DNA from: Planctomycetales bacterium 4484_113
GTDB taxonomy: Bacteria; 4484-113
DNA length: 53,198 nucleotides
Direction: 5' to 3'
Assembly (NCBI GenBank): GCA_002050035.1
Contig: MVCR01000003.1
Span: 1-53,198, forward strand
Positions 16,796-26,338 of this stretch are shown one piece after another. The notes below the pieces were generated by a model that did no database searches, was not told where the DNA came from, and saw nothing but the letters and a program-made list of their open reading frames with translations. Positions within the stretch are counted from its first letter, which is position 1. Each line of letters starts with the position of its first letter. The translations under genes and the position numbers were made by a program.

Positions 16796-17707
16796 TTACC
16801 CTCGCCAGTAGCCACTCACCACCCTTTCTGTCCCGCTTAGGTCGCAGCGTATTCCAACATTGCTGAATCCTGAGTCTTCAAGGATGTGTGCCACCTCTGC
16901 AGCCTGTCCCTCTCCCACTTCAAGTCCGAGCCAACTGCCTGCCCTCAGGATCTCACCGGCCTCACTGGCTATTCTGCGGTGGTAATAGGTTGGCGGTTGG
17001 CCATTAGGCACAAGAAGTCCTCCTTTCGGCTCCCATTTGAGAACGCAGGGTTCCAGGTCGCTTTCCTTGGCTACATAGGGCGGATTGGAGAGGATGAGGT
17101 CAAAGGTGTATCCTGCCTGGAGGGGCGAGAGCAGGTCGCCTTCCAGGAAGCTTAACCGAACGCCATGGCGTCTCGCGTTTCGAAGGGCGACTGCCAGCGC
17201 ACCGTGTGACACATCTGTGGCCACTGCCTCCAGATGGTCATCGGCAAGCAGACTGACTATCAAGGCGCCGCTTCCGGTTCCTAGTTCTAGGACGCGCAAA
17301 GGCTGGTTGCTGGGAGCTCGGCGTTCGAGAATGAAGTCTTTTGCCGCGGCAAGCAGGACCTCGGTATCGGGTCGGGGAATGACCACTCTATCATCCACGA
17401 AGAAACGACGCCCGGCGAAGAACCATTCCCCCAGGGCATAAGCGAGCGGCATACCCGCCCGTGCCCGACGAAGCACTTCTGCCACACGTTCTCCTGCCGC
17501 CGATGGGATTCGCTGATGGGGCGACATCAGCAGGTCGCGGAGCCGCAGGTCGCACACCAGTTCGAGGATGATGCTTGCATCCTCCTGCGGATTCAGGACT
17601 TGGGGAAGCGCTGCCAGCTCATTCGCTAAGAAAGTGGAGAATTCGCAGAGAGTGAGGGGCAGAGTGCCGAGTTGCGATAGCGGTGCTGGCATTGTCCTTC
17701 CCGTCAT
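16796..17707 (-). CDS. prmC: Release-factor glutamine N5-methyltransferase (HemK).
   Basis: NPPY motif (LILSNPPYVAKESD). SAM-binding LELGTGSGALIVSL. It lies immediately downstream of prfA. Confidence 0.9.
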   Translation of the reverse strand: MTGRTMPAPLSQLGTLPLTLCEFSTFLANELAALPQVLNPQEDASIILELVCDLRLRDLLMSPHQRIPSAAGERVAEVLRRARAGMPLAYALGEWFFAGRRFFVDDRVVIPRPDTEVLLAAAKDFILERRAPSNQPLRVLELGTGSGALIVSLLADDHLEAVATDVSHGALAVALRNARRHGVRLSFLEGDLLSPLQAGYTFDLILSNPPYVAKESDLEPCVLKWEPKGGLLVPNGQPPTYYHRRIASEAGEILRAGSWLGLEVGEGQAAEVAHILEDSGFSNVGIRCDLSGTERVVSGYWRG

Positions 17708-18781
17708 CTAGTCTTCAGTCGAGATTTGCGCTGCTTCCCACGCCTTCAGCTTCTCAATGAGTGGCAACAGCTCACCTTTCATGAGCTCAGGAAGATTGTG
17801 CAGGTTCTCCTTCAGACGGTGGTCGGTGATACGGTCCTGAGGGAAGTTATAGGTGCGGATCTTCTCGCTCCGCTCGCCCGAACCCACCTGGCGGCGTCGC
17901 TTCTCGGTGATTTCCTGCTGCTGTTGCTCCCGTGCGCGCTGCAGGAGATGAGCGCGCAGTATGCGCATAGCCTTCTCCCTATTTTGAAACTGGCTGCGTT
18001 CGTCCTGGCAGGTGACCACTAAGCCGGTGGGTAGATGAGTGATGCGAATCGCTGAGGAAGTTTTGTTCACATGCTGACCCCCGGCGCCGGATGCGCGAAA
18101 GGTATCGACACGTAAGTCCTTCTCATCGACGCGGACTTCCACATCGTCGGCTTCGGGCAGCACAGCCACCGTGATGGTGGAAGTGTGTATGCGTCCGCCG
18201 CTTTCGGTCACTGGGACGCGTTGAACCCGGTGGACTCCTCGCTCGTACTTGAGGTGGGAATAAGCATGGGTTCCTTTGATTGCGATGATACCTTCCTTGA
18301 TACCACCAATGCCGATCTCGTTGAGATGCAGCACCTCGACCTGCCAGTTCATCTTTTCGGCAAAGCGGGTGTACATGCGGAGCATTTCCGCCGCGAAGAG
18401 AGCGGCTTCGTCTCCCCCCGTGCCGGCGCGCAGCTCGAGGATAACATCCCTTGTGTCATTGGGATCAGGCGGCATCAGTTTGAACTGAATCCTGTCGTGC
18501 ACGCCCTGGCGATGGGCGCGTGCCTTTGCCAGCTCGTCCCTCGCGAGTTGCCGGAGGTCTTCATCTTTTAGCTCGCGGCAGTCGTTCTCCAGTTTGGCGA
18601 TGTCTGCGTCAAGTTCCTGCAACTGCGTATGCAGATCGTGTAGTTCGCGCAGATGGGCGAAGCGTCGGCTGAGTTCAGCGTATCGCTCGTGGTTCTGAAC
18701 GATCTCAGGGCGTGCCAGTTCACCGCTCACCTGCTTGAGCTCTGCTTCTGCTTGAGCCAGCTTTTCCTCAAAAGTGCCCAT
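17708..18781 (-). CDS. prfA: Peptide chain release factor 1.
   Basis: GGQ motif ([28 protein letters not shown]). PxT-type decoding region. 357 aa. Confidence 0.95.
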   Translation of the reverse strand: MGTFEEKLAQAEAELKQVSGELARPEIVQNHERYAELSRRFAHLRELHDLHTQLQELDADIAKLENDCRELKDEDLRQLARDELAKARAHRQGVHDRIQFKLMPPDPNDTRDVILELRAGTGGDEAALFAAEMLRMYTRFAEKMNWQVEVLHLNEIGIGGIKEGIIAIKGTHAYSHLKYERGVHRVQRVPVTESGGRIHTSTITVAVLPEADDVEVRVDEKDLRVDTFRASGAGGQHVNKTSSAIRITHLPTGLVVTCQDERSQFQNREKAMRILRAHLLQRAREQQQQEITEKRRRQVGSGERSEKIRTYNFPQDRITDHRLKENLHNLPELMKGELLPLIEKLKAWEAAQISTED

Positions 18782-18822
18782 AAACCGCCGTCTCTAATGT
18801 TACCGGGAAATGGCGCAGTTGG

Positions 18823-19917
18823 CTATATCGGCGTTCCGTGGTTGCTCGAGGCGCCCGAGTCTCCGCTGGCAGATTCCGCTTGCGGCCGTGAAGCGTCGTC
18901 CTCGGTAAGGGCTCGCACACGACGGAGCGCCGCAATGGCCACCTCAACCTGATCAGGGGAAGGTCTGCGGGTAGTGAGAATCTGGAACAGCATACCGAAG
19001 TAGGCAAGCGGCCTGAACAGCCAGATGCGCCGGAGGAAGAAAGTGAGCTTGAGGAGCTCATAGGAGATGCCCGCGAGTAGGGGAATCGCCAGAATCCTCG
19101 CGGGCCACCTTATCCACCATATCGGCCAGCCAGAGATTGCGGGAACCCCTAGCTTCAAGAGCCAGGTGTCCAAGAAGTAGTAGGTAACAACGCTGATGAC
19201 GATGAGAAACGCAATGAAGCTGGTCCCGCAGCGGGGGTGCAGGCGCGAATGGGTTGCGGCCCATTCGGCATCGTCCCGTTTGGGGTTTTCCTCGAAGGCG
19301 TTTATCGCTGCATGCTCGGCGCCGTGATACATGAACACTCGCCTCACTTCTGGGATAAGTCCGATCGCAGCTACATAGCCCACGAAAATCCCGAATTTGA
19401 AGACACCTTCAAGGATGTTGTTCCAGCCAGCCTTGTTGATAGGCACGAGCCACCAGTTCACTGTGTCGACGAGGAAAGTGGGTAGCAGCTTGAAAACGCC
19501 AATGGCTATAGCGAAGGAAACTACGATGCTAACAATGACCAAGGCACGTTCCGATGCGCTCTCACGTGATTCTTGCTTTTCGCCACGATCCTCCAAGTAG
19601 ATGTTCTGGGAGACATTGAGCGCCCACAGCCCGATTCCCAGCATATCCCAGAGCAGGAAGAAGCCGCGCGCGAAGGGGAGTTGCGTCATCCACGCGGAGA
19701 AGGAGCTTTTCAGTTTCCTCTCGCGGACCACTATCTGTCCGGTGTTTCGTCTCACCGCGACAGTTGCGTAGGAACGCCCCTTCATCATCACGCCCTCGAT
19801 AACAGCTTGGCCACCATAGCTGGTTGGAAGATGGCTGAGAGCGCGGGATGATAAATGGAAGTACGGTTTCGCAATCCGAGAATGACCGTGAGACAACGGG
19901 GACATATGAGGTGTCAT
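18823..19917 (-). CDS. DUF1385-domain protein, a conserved partner in prfA neighbourhoods.
   Basis: Signature GGQAVIEGVMMKG. Central TM hairpins. HGAEHAAINAFE motif. Confidence 0.7.
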   Translation of the reverse strand: MTPHMSPLSHGHSRIAKPYFHLSSRALSHLPTSYGGQAVIEGVMMKGRSYATVAVRRNTGQIVVRERKLKSSFSAWMTQLPFARGFFLLWDMLGIGLWALNVSQNIYLEDRGEKQESRESASERALVIVSIVVSFAIAIGVFKLLPTFLVDTVNWWLVPINKAGWNNILEGVFKFGIFVGYVAAIGLIPEVRRVFMYHGAEHAAINAFEENPKRDDAEWAATHSRLHPRCGTSFIAFLIVISVVTYYFLDTWLLKLGVPAISGWPIWWIRWPARILAIPLLAGISYELLKLTFFLRRIWLFRPLAYFGMLFQILTTRRPSPDQVEVAIAALRRVRALTEDDASRPQAESASGDSGASSNHGTPI

Positions 19918-19932
19918 CGAAGTACGGGCTTG

Positions 19933-20181
19933 CTAAGTCCGTTTCTTCCTCCGCTGCCGCTTGCGGAGCTCTTCCGGAGACAGTGCTTTCTGAGCACGCT
20001 GAATGAACTTCTCCACGCGCCCGGCAGTGTCCACGATCTTTTTCTTGCCGGTAAAGAAAGGGTGGCACTTGCTGCATATCTCGACCTTAATCTCGTCGCG
20101 CACGCTTAGCACCTGGAAAGTCTCGCCACAGGCGCAAGTTACCGTTGCCACTTTCAGTTCGGGATGGATATGCTCTTTCAT
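19933..20181 (-). CDS. rpmE: 50S ribosomal protein L31 (zinc-binding type), with a short basic C-terminal extension.
   Basis: [23 protein letters not shown]...[13 protein letters not shown]. Cys motifs CxC...CxxCH. Confidence 0.9.
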   Translation of the reverse strand: MKEHIHPELKVATVTCACGETFQVLSVRDEIKVEICSKCHPFFTGKKKIVDTAGRVEKFIQRAQKALSPEELRKRQRRKKRT

Positions 20182-20216
20182 CGCTCATCACCGCCGCTCA
20201 CGTAGGGCGGATAGGG

Positions 20217-20225
20217 ATTGTAGCA
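20217..20225 (-). promoter_or_regulatory. Extended -10 promoter TGcTACAAT (minus strand) upstream of rpmE.
   Basis: The reverse complement of 20217..20225 is TGCTACAAT. It lies about 36 nt upstream of the rpmE ATG. The SD-like GGTGAT lies between them. Confidence 0.35.
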
Positions 20226-20245
20226 CAATGTGGCGCTTTGGCAAA

Positions 20246-21208
20246 CTAGCTGTTCGCAGGTGACTGGGGTTTCTCTTGGCTTGCGCTCAGACCGCCCATT
20301 GCGGCCATTCCAGCTAGACCGCCGAGGTTCATCGTGTCCAGCGCCGTCGAGGGCACGATCATGAGGGATCCGCGTTCCTTGAGCCCTTCGAAGAGCATGT
20401 TCATTGCCCGCAAGTGCATCGCAGTAGGATTGTCCACGTAGCTTTCGGCAGCCTTCGCGAACTTCTCGGCAATCTGCAGCTCACTATCGCCCAGGATAAT
20501 GCGAGCTTGCCGCTCGCGCTCGGCCTGCGCCTGACGACTCATAGCATCCTGCAAGCCCTGCGGGATCTTGATGTCGCGTATCTCTACAGAGTTCACGCTG
20601 ATCCCCCAGGGGGTGGTGCGCGAATCAATAAGCTCTTGGAGTTCCTTGTCAATGATCTGGCGGCCCACCAGGAGGTCAGCCAGCTCGGTCTGACCGATGA
20701 GATCCCTAAGCGCGGTTTGGGCTGCCCATGTAACGGCTTCTGTGTACTTCTCAACTTCCAGAGCTGCCTTCTTGGCGTCGAACACCATCCAGAACATCAC
20801 CGCATCCACGTCTACTGGCACTGTATCTTTCGTCAAGGCTTCCTCCGCGAGCAGGTCTGCCGTATGGACGCGGGTATCGATCCAGGCTCCGATAGTATCG
20901 ATGAACGGAAGGAGGAAAAACACTCCTGGCTCCTTGACTCCAAGGAAGTGGCCAAAGCGCAACACCACTACACGATCCCACTGGTCAACTACCTTGATGC
21001 AGACCAAGAACATAACGGACAGCAGGATGCCGACAATGAGGATGGGAATCCCCACCGCTGGTCTATCGACCGCTAGATACGGCAAGCTGATTGCCAATGT
21101 GATGACCAGCACCAGCAGAAAGATGAAAACAGGCCAGGGATGCGTACGGGACCCAGTAGCGGTTGCCCCGATGTCCACAACAATTTGTTTGTCTTTGTAA
21201 ACGCCCAT
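20246..21208 (-). CDS. SPFH/band-7 (stomatin/prohibitin-like) membrane protein.
   Basis: N-terminal TM helices. SPFH core (VVVLRFGHFLGVKEPGVFFLLPFIDT...VPVDVDAVMFWMV). Coiled-coil/Ala-rich C-terminus. Confidence 0.8.
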   Translation of the reverse strand: MGVYKDKQIVVDIGATATGSRTHPWPVFIFLLVLVITLAISLPYLAVDRPAVGIPILIVGILLSVMFLVCIKVVDQWDRVVVLRFGHFLGVKEPGVFFLLPFIDTIGAWIDTRVHTADLLAEEALTKDTVPVDVDAVMFWMVFDAKKAALEVEKYTEAVTWAAQTALRDLIGQTELADLLVGRQIIDKELQELIDSRTTPWGISVNSVEIRDIKIPQGLQDAMSRQAQAERERQARIILGDSELQIAEKFAKAAESYVDNPTAMHLRAMNMLFEGLKERGSLMIVPSTALDTMNLGGLAGMAAMGGLSASQEKPQSPANS

Positions 21209-21215
21209 GTTCTTG

Positions 21216-21614
21216 TTATCCTCCTTGGGTTTTCTTTGCCGCCTCGTTGAGCAGCGAAGCGATCTCGTCTTCGGAAAGATTCATCCCCCTTAGCAATTCC
21301 ACTGTTGCAGCAATTGCCTCTCGCGCTGCCTCCTGATTCTGCTGCTGGGTGTCTCTCCTGGCGGCTTGCGCAACGAATGTCCCCTTCCCACGCTTGCGCT
21401 GAAGCAAGCCTTCATTCTCAAGTTCAGCATAAACCCGGGCGACTGTGTTCACGTCAACAGCGAATGCCACCGCCATCTCCCTGATAGTGGGCAGTTGTTC
21501 GCCCGGGGCGTGCTTGCCGCTCTGGATATCGTATCGGAGGCGGTTCTTGAGTTGCACGTATAGCGGTATCCCGCTCTGATGGTCGAGTGCCAGCTTGAGT
21601 TCATCCTGCTTCAT
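21216..21614 (-). CDS. Short GntR-family (YtrA-like) transcriptional regulator. Likely co-transcribed with the SPFH gene.
   Basis: GntR wHTH: GEQLPTIREMAVAFAVDVNTVARVYAELENEGLLQRKRGKGTFV. Short C-terminal helix only, 132 aa. The stop lies 8 nt before the SPFH start. Confidence 0.8.
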   Translation of the reverse strand: MKQDELKLALDHQSGIPLYVQLKNRLRYDIQSGKHAPGEQLPTIREMAVAFAVDVNTVARVYAELENEGLLQRKRGKGTFVAQAARRDTQQQNQEAAREAIAATVELLRGMNLSEDEIASLLNEAAKKTQGG

Positions 21615-21634
21615 AGACGGATCATTTGATGTGA

Positions 21635-21654
21635 TGTCCTATATAACTAGGACA
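21635..21654. promoter_or_regulatory. Candidate GntR operator: perfect palindrome TGTCCTA-N6-TAGGACA.
   Basis: The 7-bp arms with a TATAAC spacer fit the GT-N(x)-AC GntR operator pattern. It lies about 20 nt upstream of the gntR start, in the divergent intergenic region. Confidence 0.45.
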
Positions 21655-21718
21655 GCCAAGCAATTATAGCACCTGCGAACCGTTCTGGCAAGGGCGGAAA
21701 GGACGCCGTCGGTGGCTC

Positions 21719-21727
21719 TGCTAGAAT
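21719..21727 (+). promoter_or_regulatory. Extended -10 TGcTAGAAT upstream of the LptA-like gene.
   Basis: TGCTAGAAT ends 7 nt before the GTG at 21734. The same 9-mer recurs upstream of surE. Confidence 0.3.
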
Positions 21728-21733
21728 AGTGAG

Positions 21734-22564
21734 GTGCGACCGGTTTCGCTTCTCATGGCTTTGCCCATGCTGATGGCACTCACGCTGCCGGCTTATGCTG
21801 GCAGCTTCCGGATTCGGGCTTCGCGAATGAGCATCTCCCGCGAGGGGAAAACGGTTCGACTGGAGTTCTCCCGTGGCGTCCGTGCGACCAGCAGTGAAGG
21901 CTATACCGTGAAGGCCGTCGGAGCCAGAGTCATTCTGGGAAGCAGTGGATTCAGCCCGCTCTCCGATGCCACAGAGAAGGCAGACGAAACCGTGGATGAA
22001 CTGCCGGCGCTGCCGAGTATGGAACTCACGAGCCGCAGCATATCCCTCATTCGTTTCTTCGGTCGTCCCGTCTTGTGTTCGCCGGAGTATGAAGTATCGG
22101 CAGGCAGCTTCAGTTCCACCGATGGGGGAGAAAAGTGGACGCTGTCGGGTGAAGTCCGTTTTCGTAGGGTTGGAGAGCGGGAGCGCGAGATTACCGGCGA
22201 GCAGTTCGTCTTTGATCGGGCGGGAAATCTGCTTACGACGCATAGGGCGATTACGATAAGTGGTTTCTCTACCGACAAGGAGAGAGTGGTCTTCTCAGCA
22301 GAGCGTACCGTGATTGACCTGACCAAGCAGCAGGCAACTCTTACGGGCTGCGCGAGCTTCCGGTTCGGAGCCTATCGTCTCGATGCGGAGGAGATGCAGA
22401 TTGATCTGGCGGCAGCGAAGCTAACGGCACCGAAGGGTGGTTTCTTCCGGCAAGGGACGTCCGAACTCCGCGCTAAGTATGTTGTGCTCTGGTTTGAGGA
22501 TAGCGAAGTGACTTTGGATGCTTCGGAGCTCACAGGCAAGGTGCGTTTGGAAGGCGTCAAGTAA
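21734..22564 (+). CDS. Secreted OstA/LptA-like periplasmic protein (hypothetical).
   Basis: Signal peptide MRPVSLLMALPMLMALTLPAYA. Repeated beta-jellyroll-like motifs (KWTLSGEVRFR, ATLTGCASFRF, ELTGKVRLEG) that resemble LptA/LptC/OstA N-terminal repeats. Confidence 0.4.
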   Translation: MRPVSLLMALPMLMALTLPAYAGSFRIRASRMSISREGKTVRLEFSRGVRATSSEGYTVKAVGARVILGSSGFSPLSDATEKADETVDELPALPSMELTSRSISLIRFFGRPVLCSPEYEVSAGSFSSTDGGEKWTLSGEVRFRRVGEREREITGEQFVFDRAGNLLTTHRAITISGFSTDKERVVFSAERTVIDLTKQQATLTGCASFRFGAYRLDAEEMQIDLAAAKLTAPKGGFFRQGTSELRAKYVVLWFEDSEVTLDASELTGKVRLEGVK

Positions 22565-22644
22565 CTCGTATCCACTGGGTTTCCCATTGGCTCTCCTGCT
22601 TGTGCTTCGCAGCCAGATGCAAGTCTTCAGGATGAACGAATGAG

Positions 22645-22896
22645 TCAGAGTCCTGCTCGCTCCAGCGCGGTCTCCAGGATTATTAGAACCAGAATGGCTG
22701 CCATTGGTGAGAGGTCGAGCATGCCCACGGGAGGGATGAAACGCCGGAAGATGCCGAGATATGGCTCCACTAACTGCCCGAGCGAGCGGTACCAGGGTCG
22801 GTACCGCACTTGCGGGGTAATCCAAGGCAGCAGTATGTATATGAATATGACGAAGATGTAGACTTGTACGAGCAGTGAGAGCACGTTGGGTACCAT
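22645..22896 (-). CDS. yggT: YggT-family small membrane protein.
   Basis: MVPNVLSLLVQVYIFVIFIYILLPWI...LVEPYLGIFRRFIPPVGMLDLSPMAAILVLII matches the YggT/Ycf19 pattern. The internal ATG at 22896 is chosen over the 129-aa ORF-track form. Confidence 0.6.
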   Translation of the reverse strand: MVPNVLSLLVQVYIFVIFIYILLPWITPQVRYRPWYRSLGQLVEPYLGIFRRFIPPVGMLDLSPMAAILVLIILETALERAGL

Positions 22897-23120
22897 GATA
22901 CACCGATTGTAGCATGGTATGGGAGGTTCGGACCGGCGTATGCTGTCGCTTCCCCGCTTCTGAGTGGCTGGCTCTCGCGCGGTTGGCGCCGGTTCGCGAC
23001 TCTTGGCAAGATCTTCGCCTACAGGGGTAGGCAACGGCGCAGCAAGCTGCTAAAATATTAGGGTCTCTGCTTGTGGTTTAGTTCACATTCTAACTGGACG
23101 ATAATGGTGGTCCGGAACAG

Positions 23121-23552
23121 GTGATGACCGATACACAGTCACTATCGCTGCTCGCGCAATACGTACCTATTGCCATATACCTCGCAATTCTAGTAGCGAC
23201 TGCTGTGGCGATGATCGTGCTTTCCCATCTTCTCAGCCCAAGGCGTGTGCCTACTGCGGTCTCCTGGGACGGTGCCTATGAGTGCGGGCTTAGAAGCCGC
23301 GGTCTACCGCAAGATCGCTACCCCGTGAAGTACTATCTCATCGCGATCCTGTTCGTCGTATTCGATGTGGAGACGGTTTTCCTCTTTCCCTGGGCGCTCA
23401 CAGTGGAAGCATTCAAGAAGAGCGGCTTTGGGGGGTATTGGTTCACTGAAATGCTCGTGTTCATCGTGATTCTCCTTATTGGTTACGCGTACATTCTCAA
23501 GAAGGGAGTTCTGCAGTGGTCGTCGGGGCAAACGGGGAAGGAGCAGCAATGA
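23121..23552 (+). CDS. nuoA: NADH-quinone oxidoreductase subunit A.
   Basis: Three TM helices. Conserved [12 protein letters not shown] motif. Confidence 0.9.
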   Translation: MMTDTQSLSLLAQYVPIAIYLAILVATAVAMIVLSHLLSPRRVPTAVSWDGAYECGLRSRGLPQDRYPVKYYLIAILFVVFDVETVFLFPWALTVEAFKKSGFGGYWFTEMLVFIVILLIGYAYILKKGVLQWSSGQTGKEQQ

Positions 23553-24118
23553 GCCTTTCGTCGACGCCAGAACCCTCGCGCAAGCCCAGTGCTGCGCCTA
23601 CAGGCAGGCCGGTGAGCTTGACTGGCGTGTTCACTGCATCTCTGAACAAGCTCGTTGCCTGGATGCAGGCGAATTCTATCTGGCCTTTGACTGCTGGACT
23701 TGCATGCTGCGCTATTGAGATGATGGCTACGAGCGCGAGCCGGTTCGACATCGCCAGGTTCGGCAGTGAAGTATTCCGGGCCAGCCCCCGCCAAGCTGAC
23801 CTGATGATTGTCTCGGGGCGGCTCTCATGGAAGATGGCCCCCATCTTGCGTGAGCTTTATGACCAGATGCCTTTTCCCAAGTGGGTCATCAGTATGGGTG
23901 CATGCGCTTCCTCTGGGGGGCTCTTCAGAACCTATGCCATTGTTCACGGTGTTGACCATGTGGTGCCGGTGGACATCTATGTGCCCGGATGCCCGCCGCG
24001 ACCGGAGGCATTGCTTGATGCGCTCATCAAGCTGCAGAAACGGATTAAGAGCGGCAGCTACGTACCTGCTTATGCGCGACCGCCATGGAAGCAGTGGCTG
24101 GAAGCTCCCGATAGATAG
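23549..24118 (+). CDS. nuoB: NADH-quinone oxidoreductase subunit B (N2 Fe-S cluster).
   Basis: [18 protein letters not shown] and PGCPPRPE cysteine motifs. ATGA start/stop overlap with nuoA. Confidence 0.93.
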   Translation: MSLSSTPEPSRKPSAAPTGRPVSLTGVFTASLNKLVAWMQANSIWPLTAGLACCAIEMMATSASRFDIARFGSEVFRASPRQADLMIVSGRLSWKMAPILRELYDQMPFPKWVISMGACASSGGLFRTYAIVHGVDHVVPVDIYVPGCPPRPEALLDALIKLQKRIKSGSYVPAYARPPWKQWLEAPDR

Positions 24119-24123
24119 GAAAT

Positions 24124-25857
24124 ATGGATGTTGGCGTTCAGCAGGCTACTTTGAAGAAGCTGGTGAGCTCCCGGCTTGGTTCGCTTGCGGAGAGCGTTGA
24201 TGAAATCAACGGACAAGCGGTAGCTGAGGTCACCGCGGTGAACCTGAGACCTGCGCTTTCCACGTTGAAGGAGTCTCCTGAGCTCAAGTTCGATTATCTT
24301 TCCTTTGTGAGTGCTGTTGACCTGTATCCTCGCAGTCCGCGCTTCGATGCCATCTACAACCTGTATTCCACCCAGCGCCACCACTGGCTTCGGCTGAAGG
24401 TACCGGTTGCTGAAGAAGAGACTCTGCCGACTGTGAGTGACCTTTACGCTACGGCAAACTGGCACGAGCGAGAAGTGTGGGATCTTTTTGGCATCACGTT
24501 CGACCGTCATCCGGACCTGCGGCGGATTGTTACCAGCGACCACTGGTTCGGTCATCCACTGCGCAAGGATTACCCGGTTGAGGGTAGAGGCGCCTGGCCT
24601 CTGGGAGCCAATGTGCTGCAGAACATCGCCGAGGAAGGGATGGCTGATCAGGCAGATATCGCATCCTCTGAGATGGGACCGGCAAGGCATATCACTCTGA
24701 ACATGGGGCCGCAGCATCCGGCTACTCATGGCGTGCTTCGGTTGGCTCTGGAGCTTGACGGCGAGAATATCGTGGATTGCATTCCTCATATCGGCTACCT
24801 CCATACCGGCATTGAGAAGCTGAGTGAGCACCACAACTGGACGCAGAATGTAACGCATTATGGACGGATGGATTACCTCTCGCCGATGAACAACGAGCTA
24901 GCGTATTGCCTAGCGGTGGAGAGGTTGATTCCAGACCTGGAGATCCCTAAGCGTGCGCAGTACATTCGAGTACTGATGAGCGAGCTTACCCGCATCATCA
25001 GCCACCTGGTGTGGCTGGGCACTCATGCCCTGGATATCGGGGCGATGAGTGTTTTTATGTACTGCTTCGCCGAGCGGGAAAAGATACTTGACCTCTACGA
25101 GATGGTCGGCGGCGAGCGAATGATGACCGCTTATATCCGCATCGGTGGCTGCGCGGCCGATGTTCCGGAGGGCTTTGAGGAAGCGGTGCAAGGCTGGGCT
25201 CGCGACTTCCAGCACAATCTCGATATAAACCACAATCTGCTGACGAAGAATCCTATCTGGAAGGAGCGTACTGTTGGCATCGGCGTGCTGGGACGGGAGG
25301 AGTCTATCAATGCGGGGATTTCCGGTCCGCTGGCGCGAGCAGCCGGTGTGGACTGGGACCTCAGGCGCGACAATCCCTACTCTAGCTATGAGGAATTCGA
25401 CTTCGACATACCTGTAGAAACCGCTGGAGATGTCTACTCCCGCTATCTCGTGCGAATGGAGGAGATGGTGCAGGCGCATCGAATTGTGCTGCAGGCGCTT
25501 GAGAAAATACGAGAAACCGAGCCCGGAACCCATGTGAGTCGCAACTACAAGTACGTCCCTCCACGCCGCGAGGATATTGATGCGTCCATCGAGGGGCTGA
25601 TCCATCACTTCAAGTACTGGACTGAGGGTATCCCGGTTCCGACTGGTGAAGCGTACGGCTTCATCGAAGCGAGCAAGGGGGAGCTGGGGTTCTACTTAGT
25701 GAGTGATGGCAGTGCTCGTCCAGTTAGGGTGAAAGTACGCGGTCCTTCCTTCAGTAATCTCTCAGCATTACCGCGAATGGTGCAGGGACACCTGATCGCT
25801 GATGTGGTGGCAATAATCGGTAGCATCGATATTGTGCTTGGCGAGGTGGATCGGTGA
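24124..25857 (+). CDS. nuoCD: NADH-quinone oxidoreductase fused subunits C/D.
   Basis: N-terminal NuoC region (ATANWHEREVWDLFGITFDRHPDLRRI), then NuoD (HITLNMGPQHPATHGVLRL...). 577 aa. Confidence 0.92.
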   Translation: MDVGVQQATLKKLVSSRLGSLAESVDEINGQAVAEVTAVNLRPALSTLKESPELKFDYLSFVSAVDLYPRSPRFDAIYNLYSTQRHHWLRLKVPVAEEETLPTVSDLYATANWHEREVWDLFGITFDRHPDLRRIVTSDHWFGHPLRKDYPVEGRGAWPLGANVLQNIAEEGMADQADIASSEMGPARHITLNMGPQHPATHGVLRLALELDGENIVDCIPHIGYLHTGIEKLSEHHNWTQNVTHYGRMDYLSPMNNELAYCLAVERLIPDLEIPKRAQYIRVLMSELTRIISHLVWLGTHALDIGAMSVFMYCFAEREKILDLYEMVGGERMMTAYIRIGGCAADVPEGFEEAVQGWARDFQHNLDINHNLLTKNPIWKERTVGIGVLGREESINAGISGPLARAAGVDWDLRRDNPYSSYEEFDFDIPVETAGDVYSRYLVRMEEMVQAHRIVLQALEKIRETEPGTHVSRNYKYVPPRREDIDASIEGLIHHFKYWTEGIPVPTGEAYGFIEASKGELGFYLVSDGSARPVRVKVRGPSFSNLSALPRMVQGHLIADVVAIIGSIDIVLGEVDR

Positions 25858-26333
25858 GGGTGCGAGTTGAGCTCCATCCGGCGTTGAAGCAGTGGATTGA
25901 AGAGCGGTTTGCCCGCTACCCCTCGGAGCGTTCTTTGGTCGTGCCGGCGCTGCTTGAGGCGCAGAAGTACTACAGTTACGTCAGCCCCGAGGTCGAGATA
26001 GGCCTCGCCGAGCTGCTCGGTATGCCTCCGCAGGAAGTGCATTCGGTCGCCAGTTTCTACAGTATGCTTCATCAACATCCTGTAGGTCGCCACATCATCC
26101 AGGTCTGTCATAACGTCTCCTGTTACCTGCGGGGAGCCGAGGATGTAATCGCGCATTTGGAGGAAGTTCTGGGAATCAAGGTGGGCGAGACGACGGAGGA
26201 CGGTCGCTTCACCCTAGTAACGGTGGAATGCCTGGCAGCCTGTGGTCAGGCGCCGGTGATGATGGTTGACGAGAAGCTGGTGGAGCAGGTGACGCCGGAG
26301 AGGGCTGAGGCTGCGCTTGCAGAATTTGACTAG
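25854..26333 (+). CDS. nuoE: NADH-quinone oxidoreductase subunit E (24 kDa, 2Fe-2S).
   Basis: Thioredoxin-like fold with CHNVSC...C..AC cysteine spacing. GTG start overlaps the nuoCD stop. Confidence 0.9.
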   Translation: MRVRVELHPALKQWIEERFARYPSERSLVVPALLEAQKYYSYVSPEVEIGLAELLGMPPQEVHSVASFYSMLHQHPVGRHIIQVCHNVSCYLRGAEDVIAHLEEVLGIKVGETTEDGRFTLVTVECLAACGQAPVMMVDEKLVEQVTPERAEAALAEFD

Positions 26334-26338
26334 GGACT

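Noticed and set aside
22897-23034. 46-aa N-terminal extension of YggT (ORF-track 129-aa form)
   Set aside because: The extension is Pro/Arg-rich and non-conserved. The YggT family is about 85-100 aa and starts at the internal Met before the first TM helix.
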